A DNA stretch of 64,000 nt from positions 1 through 64,000 of IMG/VR virus record IMGVR_UViG_2541047295_000015; one strand, 5' to 3'. Positions 51,541 through 61,556 of the stretch are shown here, in pieces. This DNA comes from a virus. Its lineage: Duplodnaviria > Caudoviricetes. The position numbers and the translations under genes were made by a program. The stretch's first letter is position 1. The number at the start of each line of letters is the position of its first letter. The notes below the pieces were generated by a model. That model was not told where the DNA came from. It worked only from the letters and a program-made list of their open reading frames with translations, and did no database searches.

Positions 51541-51879
51541 ATGTTAAAAATAGACAAAAGAAAAATACATGATATTAAAAATAGAAAAGAAAATGACATT
51601 AAGTTTAATATTATAGATACAAGTCAAATAACTCAAAACAATGACATTACAGATTTAATGTTGGCAACTGCTGAAATATGTGAAATGGTATTGGATAGCC
51701 AATCAAAACCATCTACCATGTCATTAAAAAATATAAAATTAAATGAAGGAGGAAATAGTATGGCAGCAATTTATGTAGGATTAATAGAAAGAGGTTTAAA
51801 AACAATTGACCAAGTACCTGTAAAATACAGAGAAGAGGTAAGAAAAATGTGTGAGGCACTAGAAATTCCGTTATCATAG
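51541..51879 (+). CDS. CD1375-like small chaperone
   Basis: C-terminal MAAIYVGLIERGLKTIDQVP with its own internal ggagga RBS. Confidence 0.6.
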   Translation: MLKIDKRKIHDIKNRKENDIKFNIIDTSQITQNNDITDLMLATAEICEMVLDSQSKPSTMSLKNIKLNEGGNSMAAIYVGLIERGLKTIDQVPVKYREEVRKMCEALEIPLS

Positions 51880-51958
51880 AACTTTAAGAGTTCTTTTTTT
51901 GTGCTCAAAATAGAGAGTTACATTAGTAACTCTCTAACTTAAAGAAGAAGGTGATAAA

Positions 51959-53701
51959 TTGTTAAATGAAGATGCAGTAAAAAAATTAAAAAATGTACCT
52001 AGTAATACTAGTGATAAAATTGAAAAAGTTAATACAAATATAGGAGATACAACACTACTTGAAACAACAGATAAAACTAGTATTGTAAGTGCAATTAACG
52101 AGGTAAAAACTAGTATAGATAGTATAGAGACAACAGCAGATAAAACAACTATAAAAGATACAGATAATTTATTTGAAAGCGACAATGTAGAGGGAGCATT
52201 AAAAGAACTTTTTCAAAATGTCGATAATGGGAAAAACCTAATTGCTAGTGCCATTACCGACAAGGGTATTAATACTAGCAAAGATGATACTTTTCAAAAA
52301 ATAGCTGAAAATATAAATAAATTAGTAAAACTTAACCATCTACCTATATTAAGTAATATAACTGTATCAAATATTAAAGTAGGAGGCTCTTATACACTGA
52401 ATTATACTTGTACAGATGAAGATAAAGATACATTAATTCATAGACTTAAAATAGGAGATAATGATTTTATTTCTATTAATCCTAGTAATAATGACAATAA
52501 TTTTACTTATATAGGAAATGGACTAAGTCATAATACCAGATATACTTGTTACATAGAAGTAAGTGATGGTGATAAAATAGTATTATCTAATCCATTCACA
52601 ATAACTATACCAAAAGCAGAGGTATATGGAGTTAAAATTGATGAAAGTAACAGTAATCCATTAACTTGTGTGACTTACATTGAAAGTTCTCAAGGAGTAA
52701 TACCTGCCAATTCAACTGGTTATGGAGGATGGTCAAATATATACCCTTTTAAAGATATAAAACCTTGTGGTTTTAAGTCTGGAAAGTTATACAAATATAT
52801 TAATCCACAAAATTTTTCTAAATATTTAGATGGAAGTGATGTCATTGGAGATGTTGACGTAATGATTGAGTTTCCAAAAATATATTGGAAGTTTACCACA
52901 ACAACTAATGGTTATGAAATAAGAATATCAGAAGCTAGAATTGATAATAATTATATATGCATGGCTCATACTGTTGGTTCTACTGAAAAAGAAAAAATAT
53001 ATATTGGTGCATATTTAGGGTATAATATTGATGGCAAATTAAGAAGTGTTTCTGGCTATACACCTACTGTGTCAAAAACTATTGGAGAATTTAGATTACA
53101 TGCCCAAGCTAATGGATCTGGGTATCAACAATATAATTATTATTGTATGTTAATGTTACAAATATTATATTTAATAATGTACAAATCTCTTAATAGTCAG
53201 TTACAACTTGGGTTTGGATATACTGATGAAACAGAGGAGTATATGACTACAGGAGGAACAAATTATAATGGAATGATTTATGGGTCTAATGGCAAGAAAC
53301 AAATTAAATTTTTAGGAATAGAGGATTTGTGGGGGAATTATAATCAATGGGTAGATGGGTTTTATAGTGATAATGATTTAAACATGATGATAAGTGATAA
53401 TTCAATATTTAATGATAAGGGAACTGGATATATAAATCGAGGTCGTGGTGCAAATCAAGAATTTAATGGTTCTATAAGTAGAGTTCAAGCTACTAATCAT
53501 GGTGGATTTATAATAAAATCATCTGATAATGGAGCAAGTGATAAATATTATTGTGATGCTGGTGCCTTATTTTCCAATTCTGTACCAATAACAGGAGGAT
53601 TTAAGGGGATTGGGTCAGTTGCAGGAATTTTTCTTTTCATGGTTAGTTATTCTTCTTCATACTCTGATAATAAATTTACTTCTAGGTTAGTGTATATGTA
53701 A
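51959..53701 (+). CDS. Tail fibre / receptor-binding protein with an Ig-like domain and a probable C-type-lectin-fold C-terminus
   Basis: LETTDKTSIVSAINEV, SDNVEGAL adaptor; YIGAY...GIEDLWGN..QWVDG...GG...AG.F...SRL. Confidence 0.65.
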   Translation: MLNEDAVKKLKNVPSNTSDKIEKVNTNIGDTTLLETTDKTSIVSAINEVKTSIDSIETTADKTTIKDTDNLFESDNVEGALKELFQNVDNGKNLIASAITDKGINTSKDDTFQKIAENINKLVKLNHLPILSNITVSNIKVGGSYTLNYTCTDEDKDTLIHRLKIGDNDFISINPSNNDNNFTYIGNGLSHNTRYTCYIEVSDGDKIVLSNPFTITIPKAEVYGVKIDESNSNPLTCVTYIESSQGVIPANSTGYGGWSNIYPFKDIKPCGFKSGKLYKYINPQNFSKYLDGSDVIGDVDVMIEFPKIYWKFTTTTNGYEIRISEARIDNNYICMAHTVGSTEKEKIYIGAYLGYNIDGKLRSVSGYTPTVSKTIGEFRLHAQANGSGYQQYNYYCMLMLQILYLIMYKSLNSQLQLGFGYTDETEEYMTTGGTNYNGMIYGSNGKKQIKFLGIEDLWGNYNQWVDGFYSDNDLNMMISDNSIFNDKGTGYINRGRGANQEFNGSISRVQATNHGGFIIKSSDNGASDKYYCDAGALFSNSVPITGGFKGIGSVAGIFLFMVSYSSSYSDNKFTSRLVYM

Positions 53702-54168
53702 AAAATTAGTTATTTTAGCATGAATATATAATTCTAAACGATAAATTTATCTAGGTAATAATATAAAACATTTGTTTATAATGAGTATTTAAAAATACTA
53801 TGCAAGATAAAAAGTTATTTTAAGAATGTTATAATCAAAAAAACATTTTACATTATTTATATGTTTGCAAAATATGGATGTGATATAAATGAATTTATTA
53901 ATACTTTTTAAAATGTATAAAAAAACATTAATCATCTGTTAGTAATTCTATAAAGTTAATACAAAAGAAATTTAAGGATTATTTAGATTTGATTGTTGAA
54001 TCTAAATAGCAAAGTTTATAAGAACAGAAATTATATAGAAAGCTAAGATATATTGTCGTGATCAAGAAAGACTTAGTAAGAACTATATTATATAGTTCTT
54101 TTTTTATTGAAAGAAACTAAGGACTATACATAAATATAGTCTTTTAAATAAAAAAAGAAGGTGACAAA

Positions 54169-56355
54169 TTGTTAAATGAAGATGTGGTAAAGAAATTAAA
54201 AAATGTACCTAGTGATACTAATTCAGAAATTAATAAAAAAACAACTATTAATGATGCAGAAGAATCTGAGACTACAACGTATTCATCAAAAAAAATAAAA
54301 AGCTTAGTAAATACCATAGAAAATACAGCTAATAAAGTAACTATAGAAGATATAGCTAATAATTTTACAAGTGACAATGTAGAGGGAGCACTAGATGAGC
54401 TTTTTCAATCTGTCAGTAATGGGAAAGAATTAATCGCTACTGCTATTACTGACAAAAAAGTACCAACTAATAGTAGTGATACATTTCAAACTATGGCAAG
54501 TAATATTAGTAGTATAAAACAAATGCCAGATATGCCTGATGATGTTGAAGAAGTTTGGTGTTTTTACAATGATTCAAGTGTAAATTCAGTATGTGTAGAT
54601 TCTAAAGATAATATTTATAATGCTAGTAGTGATATGTCAGTTAAGAAAATATCTCCATTAGGAAAAGAAATATGGAGATTTACAAAGCATACACATTTTG
54701 TGAATTCAGTAACAGTAGATTCTGATTTTAATGTTTATAGTGGTGGGGTTGACAGAATCTTAAGAAAAATATCTTCTTCTGGAGATGAAATATGGTCTTT
54801 TTCAGGTTTTAAAAACAATATAACATCTATATGTATTGATTTAGATAATCATATAATAGTTGGAATTGCAGATAGTAGTCTGGTTAAAGTATCATATGAA
54901 GCGACAAAAATATGGGAATACACAGGAAACACTAACAGTATATTATCAGTAGATGTAGATTCCGCTAATAATTATTATATTGGAAGTGCTGATGAGAGTA
55001 TAAAAAAATTATCTAAAAATGGATCATTAATATGGAGTTATATGGACAACATGGGTTCAGTTTATTCAGTGTGTATTGATTCTAACAATAATCTAATAAG
55101 TGGTGGAAACGATAAGATTATAAGAAAGTTTAATCCTAATGGCGAGATAATCTGGAAATCTATAAGCCTTTCTACTATATTTTCTTTAACAGTTAATAAT
55201 GAAAATGAAATATATTGTGGATGTGATGATAAAACTATAAAAAAGATATCTCATAATGGATTAAAAATATATGAATTTATGGTACACACTAATCGAGTAG
55301 AAACTGTAACTTTAGATAGTAAAAATAACATACTAAGTGGTAGTAGTGACAATACCTTAAAAAAATTTCAACAAAATTTAGGTATTCTAGTTACAAAAGA
55401 TAACCAAAGCGAAATACATAAGGTAACTAAATTAGGAACTCTTGTAGAAGAAGTATCTCCTTATCCTGATAATATATGGACAACTAATCTTGATGTTGAC
55501 ATAATCATGTCAACATGTATAGATTTCAATGATAATATAATAAATTGTGATGGATTTGATAGATCAGTAATTAAAACATCACCTTCAGGTGATCTTATCT
55601 GGAAATATAATTTTTTATTTAGTTTAGGTATATATTCAGTATGTACTAATAATGACGGTTTAGTGTACTGTGGAGGCATCAGCAATCTAATGTTTTTATC
55701 TGATCCTGATGTTGTTTCTAATGAATTGCCTTTACATTCAGATATCATTATTAGTCTAGCAATTGATAATAGTAATAATTTAATAAGTGGTAGTTATGAT
55801 AATACTATTATAAAAACATCATTAGAAAGAGACGATACATTCATGAAGTCACTCTGGACATTTACAGGACATACTGATCATATTACTGTAGTTACAGTTG
55901 ATTTACATGATAATGTGTATAGTGCTAGCAATGATAAAACAGTAAGAAAAATATCTTCTGATGGCGTTGAAATATGGAGATTTATAGGGCATACTGATTC
56001 TGTAAATTCAGTATGTGTAGATTCTAAATATAATGTATATAGTGCTAGTAATGATAAAACAATAAGAAAAATATCTTCTGATGGCGTTGAAATATGGAAG
56101 TTTTCAGGTCACACTGATTCTGTAAACTCTGTATGTGTAGATTCAGAGTTTAATATTTATAGTGGCGGATCTGATAGTACAATAAGAAAAATAGCCAATA
56201 ATGGTGTTGAGATATGGAAATCAACATCTTTTACTAAGTCAATTAAATCAATATTATTAGATTCATCTAATAATATTGTTATAACTTATAATCTTAATAC
56301 TATAAGTAAATTGAAAAATACACATGTATTACAAAAAGTAGCTTATTATAACTAA
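54169..56355 (+). CDS. Tail fibre / receptor-binding protein with WD40/PQQ-like beta-propeller repeats
   Basis: W.F.GHTDSVNSVCVDS..NVYSAS.D.T.RKIS repeats; same N-terminus as the 51959 gene. Confidence 0.75.
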   Translation: MLNEDVVKKLKNVPSDTNSEINKKTTINDAEESETTTYSSKKIKSLVNTIENTANKVTIEDIANNFTSDNVEGALDELFQSVSNGKELIATAITDKKVPTNSSDTFQTMASNISSIKQMPDMPDDVEEVWCFYNDSSVNSVCVDSKDNIYNASSDMSVKKISPLGKEIWRFTKHTHFVNSVTVDSDFNVYSGGVDRILRKISSSGDEIWSFSGFKNNITSICIDLDNHIIVGIADSSLVKVSYEATKIWEYTGNTNSILSVDVDSANNYYIGSADESIKKLSKNGSLIWSYMDNMGSVYSVCIDSNNNLISGGNDKIIRKFNPNGEIIWKSISLSTIFSLTVNNENEIYCGCDDKTIKKISHNGLKIYEFMVHTNRVETVTLDSKNNILSGSSDNTLKKFQQNLGILVTKDNQSEIHKVTKLGTLVEEVSPYPDNIWTTNLDVDIIMSTCIDFNDNIINCDGFDRSVIKTSPSGDLIWKYNFLFSLGIYSVCTNNDGLVYCGGISNLMFLSDPDVVSNELPLHSDIIISLAIDNSNNLISGSYDNTIIKTSLERDDTFMKSLWTFTGHTDHITVVTVDLHDNVYSASNDKTVRKISSDGVEIWRFIGHTDSVNSVCVDSKYNVYSASNDKTIRKISSDGVEIWKFSGHTDSVNSVCVDSEFNIYSGGSDSTIRKIANNGVEIWKSTSFTKSIKSILLDSSNNIVITYNLNTISKLKNTHVLQKVAYYN

Positions 56356-56372
56356 TTTTAGGAGGAAATAGA

Positions 56373-56705
56373 ATGCAAAAATACTTAACAGGATTGGAAC
56401 ATAAGGAAGGTAACATTTATAAAGTGAATTTAATACATAATATGCCATTTGATAAAGTTAATGGCTTAGGAAAATCAGCTCAAGAATTGGAATTGAATGG
56501 TGTTCTAATTGACACATTAATTGAAGCTGAACATAAGGAAGGGTTTGCATCTATTATGTATGTAGATAAGACAACAAAAGAGATTACATATGAGTATGTA
56601 GAAATACCATTGACACCAGAACAAGAAGCTCTAAAGAAAGTCAAAGAATTAGAATTAGAAAATGCTAATACAAACTACGCACTAATGATGGGAGGATTAA
56701 TATAA
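56373..56705 (+). CDS. Fibre chaperone-like protein
   Basis: 110 aa with RBS aggagg after the fibre gene. Confidence 0.55.
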   Translation: MQKYLTGLEHKEGNIYKVNLIHNMPFDKVNGLGKSAQELELNGVLIDTLIEAEHKEGFASIMYVDKTTKEITYEYVEIPLTPEQEALKKVKELELENANTNYALMMGGLI

Positions 56706-56842
56706 TGTTAGGATTTGAAAAAATAAAATACTATTATAATAATAACATGTGGACTAAAGAAATGGTTAAAAATGCAGTACTTAAAGAAAAGATAACAGCG
56801 AAGGAATATAAAGAAATAATAGGCGAGGACTATATAGCATAG
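56705..56842 (+). CDS. XkdX family protein
   Basis: FEKIKYYY...WTKEMVKNAV...IT..EYKEIIGEDY; coupled via TAATG. Confidence 0.75.
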   Translation: MLGFEKIKYYYNNNMWTKEMVKNAVLKEKITAKEYKEIIGEDYIA

Positions 56843-56914
56843 TTCTTTTTTTATTGAAATAAACTGAGAAGCATATTTATATGTAGTTCTTTAAATAAAA
56901 AAGAAGGTGATAAA

Positions 56915-59242
56915 TTGTTAAATGAAGATGTAGTAAAAAACATTAATAGATTAGATAAAGAGCAGGATGACATTAATTTAGAACTTAGTAAAAAAGCAAG
57001 TAAGGAAGATTTAGAAAAAGTAATACAAAATGGTACTAATGTAGCTGTATCTAAAGATATTTCAACAAGTGATTGGATACTAGAAGAAAGTACATATACA
57101 ACTATAATTGAACATAACCTTGTAACTAGAAAAGTACTTATAAGCTTAATTGATAAAACTACTAATAACAATGTATTTTGTTCATATAAAATTTTAGATG
57201 ATAATAGGATAAAAGTTTTTAATGAAACCAATGATGAGCTTGAATGTATAGTTGTAAATGGAAACTCAGCTATAAATATGACTTCAGCAACTATTGATGA
57301 TAAGAGAAGTACTGAAACAACCACTTATTCTTCTATAAAGATAGAAGCTTTATTAAAATCCTTAGAAAATAAAATTGATGATATAGAAAATCTCAAGGAA
57401 GTTGACAATATAAAATGTAGTACAGATATAGGAGAATATACTATAGAAAATAGTAAGAAAGGTTATCTAACTAATTTTAATATAGAAGGAAAGACTCTAA
57501 TTGATTTATGGGGAAAAACTAGTTCAGATTTTTCTTTATGGAAAACCACTTTTTTAGATGGAAAAATAAACATACTAACAGAAAATGATATAAGATATTC
57601 TAATTTTTTTACTACCAATTATACTTTATATAAACCAGATACTATATATACAATAATAGTTGATGTTGATAAAAATACTTTACCTAGTACAAGTGGAATA
57701 TATATTCATAGTTTAGGAGAAGAAAATTCAGTATTTATTCCTAATCTGACAAATATAGCTATATTAGGAGGAGTGATTGGGAAATTCAGATATACATTTA
57801 CAACAATATCAGACTTAAGTGATTGTAATGTGGCCTTAAGGAGTGTTTTAGATAATGATACACTTGCATCTGGTTATGAAGTAAGTTTGAAAATTACCAT
57901 ATTAGAAGGAAATTATACAGATATTAATATAAATTACTCTAATGAACTATTAAGTGTTGGGCAAAGAGATAAAGTGGAGCTTTTAAGTTATCCATATAGT
58001 GGAATTAATATCTTTAATAAGAATGCCAATTTTAAAGATAATTATATTTTACAATATCTTAATGGAGAGGAACTTATTTCTGAGGCTAGTAATCATAAAT
58101 ATACATTAGACTATATAGAAATAGAACCAAATACAGAGTATACTTTTTATAATTGTAGTAGAAATATTTGTTGGTATGATATAAATAAAAGTTTTATTCC
58201 AACACCATTAAATGAAAGAATAATAGGAGATAAAGATATTTTTTATGTTGCTAGAAGCCCTAAAAATGCAAAGTATCTAAGAGTTACTATAATAAAAGAT
58301 TTGCATGATGATGGTAATAAAACAATTATAACTAAAGGAAATAAATATGATAAAAAGAAAATTCCTTATACATTAAGAAGCTTACCAAATGGAATAAGAG
58401 ATAAAATAGTCTACAAAAATGGTTCATATAAACTAATACAAAGATGTGAAGAAATAGTTTTTAATGGTAATGAAAATTGGATAGAAGTTCATGGAATGTA
58501 TGAGTTTAGATTAAATTTAGATATATCTGTATTAAGATTAGATATGTCTAAGTTTGTAACTAACTTATACAAGCAATCTCATGTAGACTATATATATAAT
58601 GTTCAAACTGAATCAGCATTATCTATATCAACAGAAAATGGAATAGGTGTAATAGATATAGTAGATACTTCAATATCTCCTTTTAACATTGCTAACTTTA
58701 AAGAAAAATTAAAGAAAAATCCTTTGAAAATAATTTATGAATTAGAAACACCAAGAGAAATTAAACTTAGTCTACTAAATTTGGAGCAATATGATAATCA
58801 AACTAGATTTATTTGTAACTCAGGCATTGCGATACCAAATATTAGTTTTGAAAGGACACAAAATTTAGGTAGCCATATAGAAGTTATTAGAGAGAATTTA
58901 AAATCAATAATTAAAACTGAAAGTAATATTGATTTTAAATTTATAAATGGATGGGATAAAGTGTGGCAATCAGCTACTATTACAAAGGTAGGAAAGTATT
59001 TATTTATAAACATGATTGTAACAAAAAATACATCAGCTACTGTTTTAGAAGAAGCAATAATTAAATTACCTTTAGGAATATCAAGACAAAACTATTCTTG
59101 TCCAGTTATGAATTCTTCTTGTGAACAAGTTGACACTGTAGGGATAGCTTGTGTAAATAATACTATACTAATGTTAACTCCAGGTCATGATATTACGAAT
59201 AAAGGAATTTTAATTAGTGTTGTTGTAAATTTGGAGGTCTAA
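56915..59242 (+). CDS. Tail fibre / receptor-binding protein
   Basis: MLNEDVVK start, HNL adaptor domain, TTYSS.KI, IEGKTL, LRSLPNG..D, IYELETP motifs of clostridial phage fibres. Confidence 0.7.
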   Translation: MLNEDVVKNINRLDKEQDDINLELSKKASKEDLEKVIQNGTNVAVSKDISTSDWILEESTYTTIIEHNLVTRKVLISLIDKTTNNNVFCSYKILDDNRIKVFNETNDELECIVVNGNSAINMTSATIDDKRSTETTTYSSIKIEALLKSLENKIDDIENLKEVDNIKCSTDIGEYTIENSKKGYLTNFNIEGKTLIDLWGKTSSDFSLWKTTFLDGKINILTENDIRYSNFFTTNYTLYKPDTIYTIIVDVDKNTLPSTSGIYIHSLGEENSVFIPNLTNIAILGGVIGKFRYTFTTISDLSDCNVALRSVLDNDTLASGYEVSLKITILEGNYTDININYSNELLSVGQRDKVELLSYPYSGINIFNKNANFKDNYILQYLNGEELISEASNHKYTLDYIEIEPNTEYTFYNCSRNICWYDINKSFIPTPLNERIIGDKDIFYVARSPKNAKYLRVTIIKDLHDDGNKTIITKGNKYDKKKIPYTLRSLPNGIRDKIVYKNGSYKLIQRCEEIVFNGNENWIEVHGMYEFRLNLDISVLRLDMSKFVTNLYKQSHVDYIYNVQTESALSISTENGIGVIDIVDTSISPFNIANFKEKLKKNPLKIIYELETPREIKLSLLNLEQYDNQTRFICNSGIAIPNISFERTQNLGSHIEVIRENLKSIIKTESNIDFKFINGWDKVWQSATITKVGKYLFINMIVTKNTSATVLEEAIIKLPLGISRQNYSCPVMNSSCEQVDTVGIACVNNTILMLTPGHDITNKGILISVVVNLEV

Positions 59243-59245
59243 AGT

Positions 59246-59581
59246 ATGGATAAAATGAAATTTAAAATAATAAAAGAGCATAATTTCTCAAAAGAAGAAA
59301 TTGACAACATAGAAATTGACAATTTTTTTATTACAGGTAATGGACAATTATGGACTCCTTTAATAAGCAAAGAAGGAGAGCTAATTAAGACAGGTGAACA
59401 ATCTTATAACGAATGGTTAGAATTACAAAAGAATCCACCTAATCCAGAACCATCAATTGAAGAAATAAATGCAAATAAAATCACAGTTTTAATAGAAAAT
59501 CAAAAGGAGCAAGATAATCTTTTAATAGATAATGCTTATAGAATCGCTATGTTAGAACTTAACACAAACAATGTGTTATAA
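59246..59581 (+). CDS. Fibre chaperone-like protein
   Basis: 111 aa after the fibre gene. Confidence 0.55.
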   Translation: MDKMKFKIIKEHNFSKEEIDNIEIDNFFITGNGQLWTPLISKEGELIKTGEQSYNEWLELQKNPPNPEPSIEEINANKITVLIENQKEQDNLLIDNAYRIAMLELNTNNVL

Positions 59582-59607
59582 AATTATAAAAACTTGGAGG
59601 AAAGAAT

Positions 59608-59778
59608 ATGTATAATATTTTAAAAAGAATGATTGAGCAAAAGAGCTTTGATACTAAAGAGAAATTACAAACTAAGTTGGATGTATTTTATGCTATGAAT
59701 AGGATAAAAGAAAGTGAGTACACAGAGTTAACGACTTTATTAAATAAAGAAGGAACAGTAGTAGAGCCAACAATATAG
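59608..59778 (+). CDS. Small XkdX-like phage protein, 56 aa
   Basis: ggagg RBS; MYNILKRMIE...KLDVFYAMNRI...EY.EL. Confidence 0.65.
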   Translation: MYNILKRMIEQKSFDTKEKLQTKLDVFYAMNRIKESEYTELTTLLNKEGTVVEPTI

Positions 59779-59851
59779 GTTCTTTTTTTATGTTTAAATT
59801 TAGAGGGCTGACTAATCTCAGCCTTTTTATTTATTGAAAGGAGTGGTAATT

Positions 59852-60664
59852 TTGAACATAAAAACATTAACAATCCATGCAGGTCATAATCCAGATTATA
59901 AGGTCGGCTCTGGAGCAGTAGGTAATATAAAAGAATCTACAGAGGCAAGAAATGTACTAAAATATCTAATATCTTTAACTCAAAAAGAGTGTAAAGTATA
60001 TGATTGTACTTGTAATGATGGAACTTCTCAGAGTGATATATTGAATAAAATTATAGCTAAATGTAATTCATATAACTCAGATTTAAATGTAAGTGTTCAT
60101 TTTAACTCAGGTGGAGGTAGAGGTGTAGAAGTCTTAGTATATAATTTAAATGACAAAGAAACCGTTGAAATAGCTTCAAGAATTTGTGAACAAATAACAA
60201 AAACTTACCATGCTAAATGGGATAAAGCTTTTAAAAACAGAGGTGTCAAAGAAAAGAAAACTCTAGCATTTTTAAGAAGAACAAAAGCAAAATCACTTTT
60301 AGTTGAATGTTGCTTTGTAGATACAGATGATACTAAAAATTATAATGCTAAAGATATGGCCATAGATATTGCCGAAGGAATATTTAATAAACCTATAAAT
60401 CAAACACAGGAGGAAAAAATGAAATATACAATAGTTTATGAAGGAGAAGTTGATAAAGCTATAGCTAATGTAATGGCCATAAATTATAAATCTTATGAAG
60501 TCTATGTATGTGAGTTAAAAAATTACATACCTGGCCATTGTCAAAACCTTTATGTAATAGGTTCAGCCAGTGACAAAATTAAGACTAGTGAAAGATTCAC
60601 TAAGTTACAAGGTGATGACAGATGGGCTACACTTTATAAAGTATTAGATTTTATAGGGAAGTAG
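59852..60664 (+). CDS. Endolysin, N-acetylmuramoyl-L-alanine amidase (Amidase_3)
   Basis: IHAGH, E, SVHFN, LVECCFVD; CD27L-type C-terminal domain; TTG start after aaaggag. Confidence 0.9.
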   Translation: MNIKTLTIHAGHNPDYKVGSGAVGNIKESTEARNVLKYLISLTQKECKVYDCTCNDGTSQSDILNKIIAKCNSYNSDLNVSVHFNSGGGRGVEVLVYNLNDKETVEIASRICEQITKTYHAKWDKAFKNRGVKEKKTLAFLRRTKAKSLLVECCFVDTDDTKNYNAKDMAIDIAEGIFNKPINQTQEEKMKYTIVYEGEVDKAIANVMAINYKSYEVYVCELKNYIPGHCQNLYVIGSASDKIKTSERFTKLQGDDRWATLYKVLDFIGK

Positions 60665-60675
60665 GAGGTAATGAA

Positions 60676-61293
60676 TTGAATATATTAGATAAATCAACCG
60701 CAAAATTAGAACAAGTCTTTGCATATTTAGATACATTAAATAATAACTCTAATCCACCACACTATTTATGTAAGGCTATAGTACCAATAATATACAAAGA
60801 AGCAGAGAAAAAAGGTGTAAATCCAGTTATTGCAATTGCTCAAGCATTTGTAGAAACTGGATATTTTAATTTTGGTAGAGTTTTAAATCCTTCATATTGC
60901 AATGTATGTGGACTTAAAGGTAATAAAGGTGGTGGAGATTTAGACCCATCAGCTCATACAAGATTTAGTTGTTGGGAAGATGGAGTGGCAGCATTTATAG
61001 ACCATCTAGCCCTATATGCTGGAGCTAAAGGTTATCCAAAATATAACGAATTAGTTGGTAAAAATGAATACAAAGTTAATGGAGTTACATTAGATCCTAG
61101 ACATTTCCCATATTTACATGGAGAAGCTAAGATAGTTGAGAGTTTATCTGGTAAATGGTGTCCAGATATGGGCTATGGTCAAAACATAATAAATATATGC
61201 AATAAGATAAATTCAATGAAAATAGAAAATAATGATATGAAGTTAGAGCAAGTAAAAATTAAAGTAAAAGAATTAAGTGACATTCTTGGATAG
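60676..61293 (+). CDS. Glucosaminidase-domain peptidoglycan hydrolase
   Basis: IAQAFVETG, N.CGLK, F..W..GV.A...HL..YA, L.GKW. Confidence 0.8.
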   Translation: MNILDKSTAKLEQVFAYLDTLNNNSNPPHYLCKAIVPIIYKEAEKKGVNPVIAIAQAFVETGYFNFGRVLNPSYCNVCGLKGNKGGGDLDPSAHTRFSCWEDGVAAFIDHLALYAGAKGYPKYNELVGKNEYKVNGVTLDPRHFPYLHGEAKIVESLSGKWCPDMGYGQNIINICNKINSMKIENNDMKLEQVKIKVKELSDILG

Positions 61294-61304
61294 GAGGAAG
61301 TTAT

Positions 61305-61556
61305 ATGGATATAATGCAGTTTATACCTCAAAATTTGATAATGCTAATAGGAGGTCTTTACATATTGGGGACTTTTATAAAAGAATCAAATATTAAAAAT
61401 AAATATATACCTTTTACATTATTGATTATATCAATAATAAGTAGTTGTTTATTTATGAAAGAGTTGTCAATAGAGGCTATCTTTGAAGGTATTTTATGCT
61501 GGGGAGCGTCTATAGGTATAAGTCAAATACAAGTACAAAACAAAAAGGAAAAGTAG
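61305..61556 (+). CDS. Holin
   Basis: 83 aa, hydrophobic helices, IKNKYIP motif, inside the lysis cassette. Confidence 0.75.
   Translation: MDIMQFIPQNLIMLIGGLYILGTFIKESNIKNKYIPFTLLIISIISSCLFMKELSIEAIFEGILCWGASIGISQIQVQNKKEK

Noticed and set aside
51878-59830. Invertible shufflon or integron for the fibre cassettes
   Set aside because: All cassettes are in the same orientation with their own RBS; no inverted crossover sites or attC-like structure could be supported
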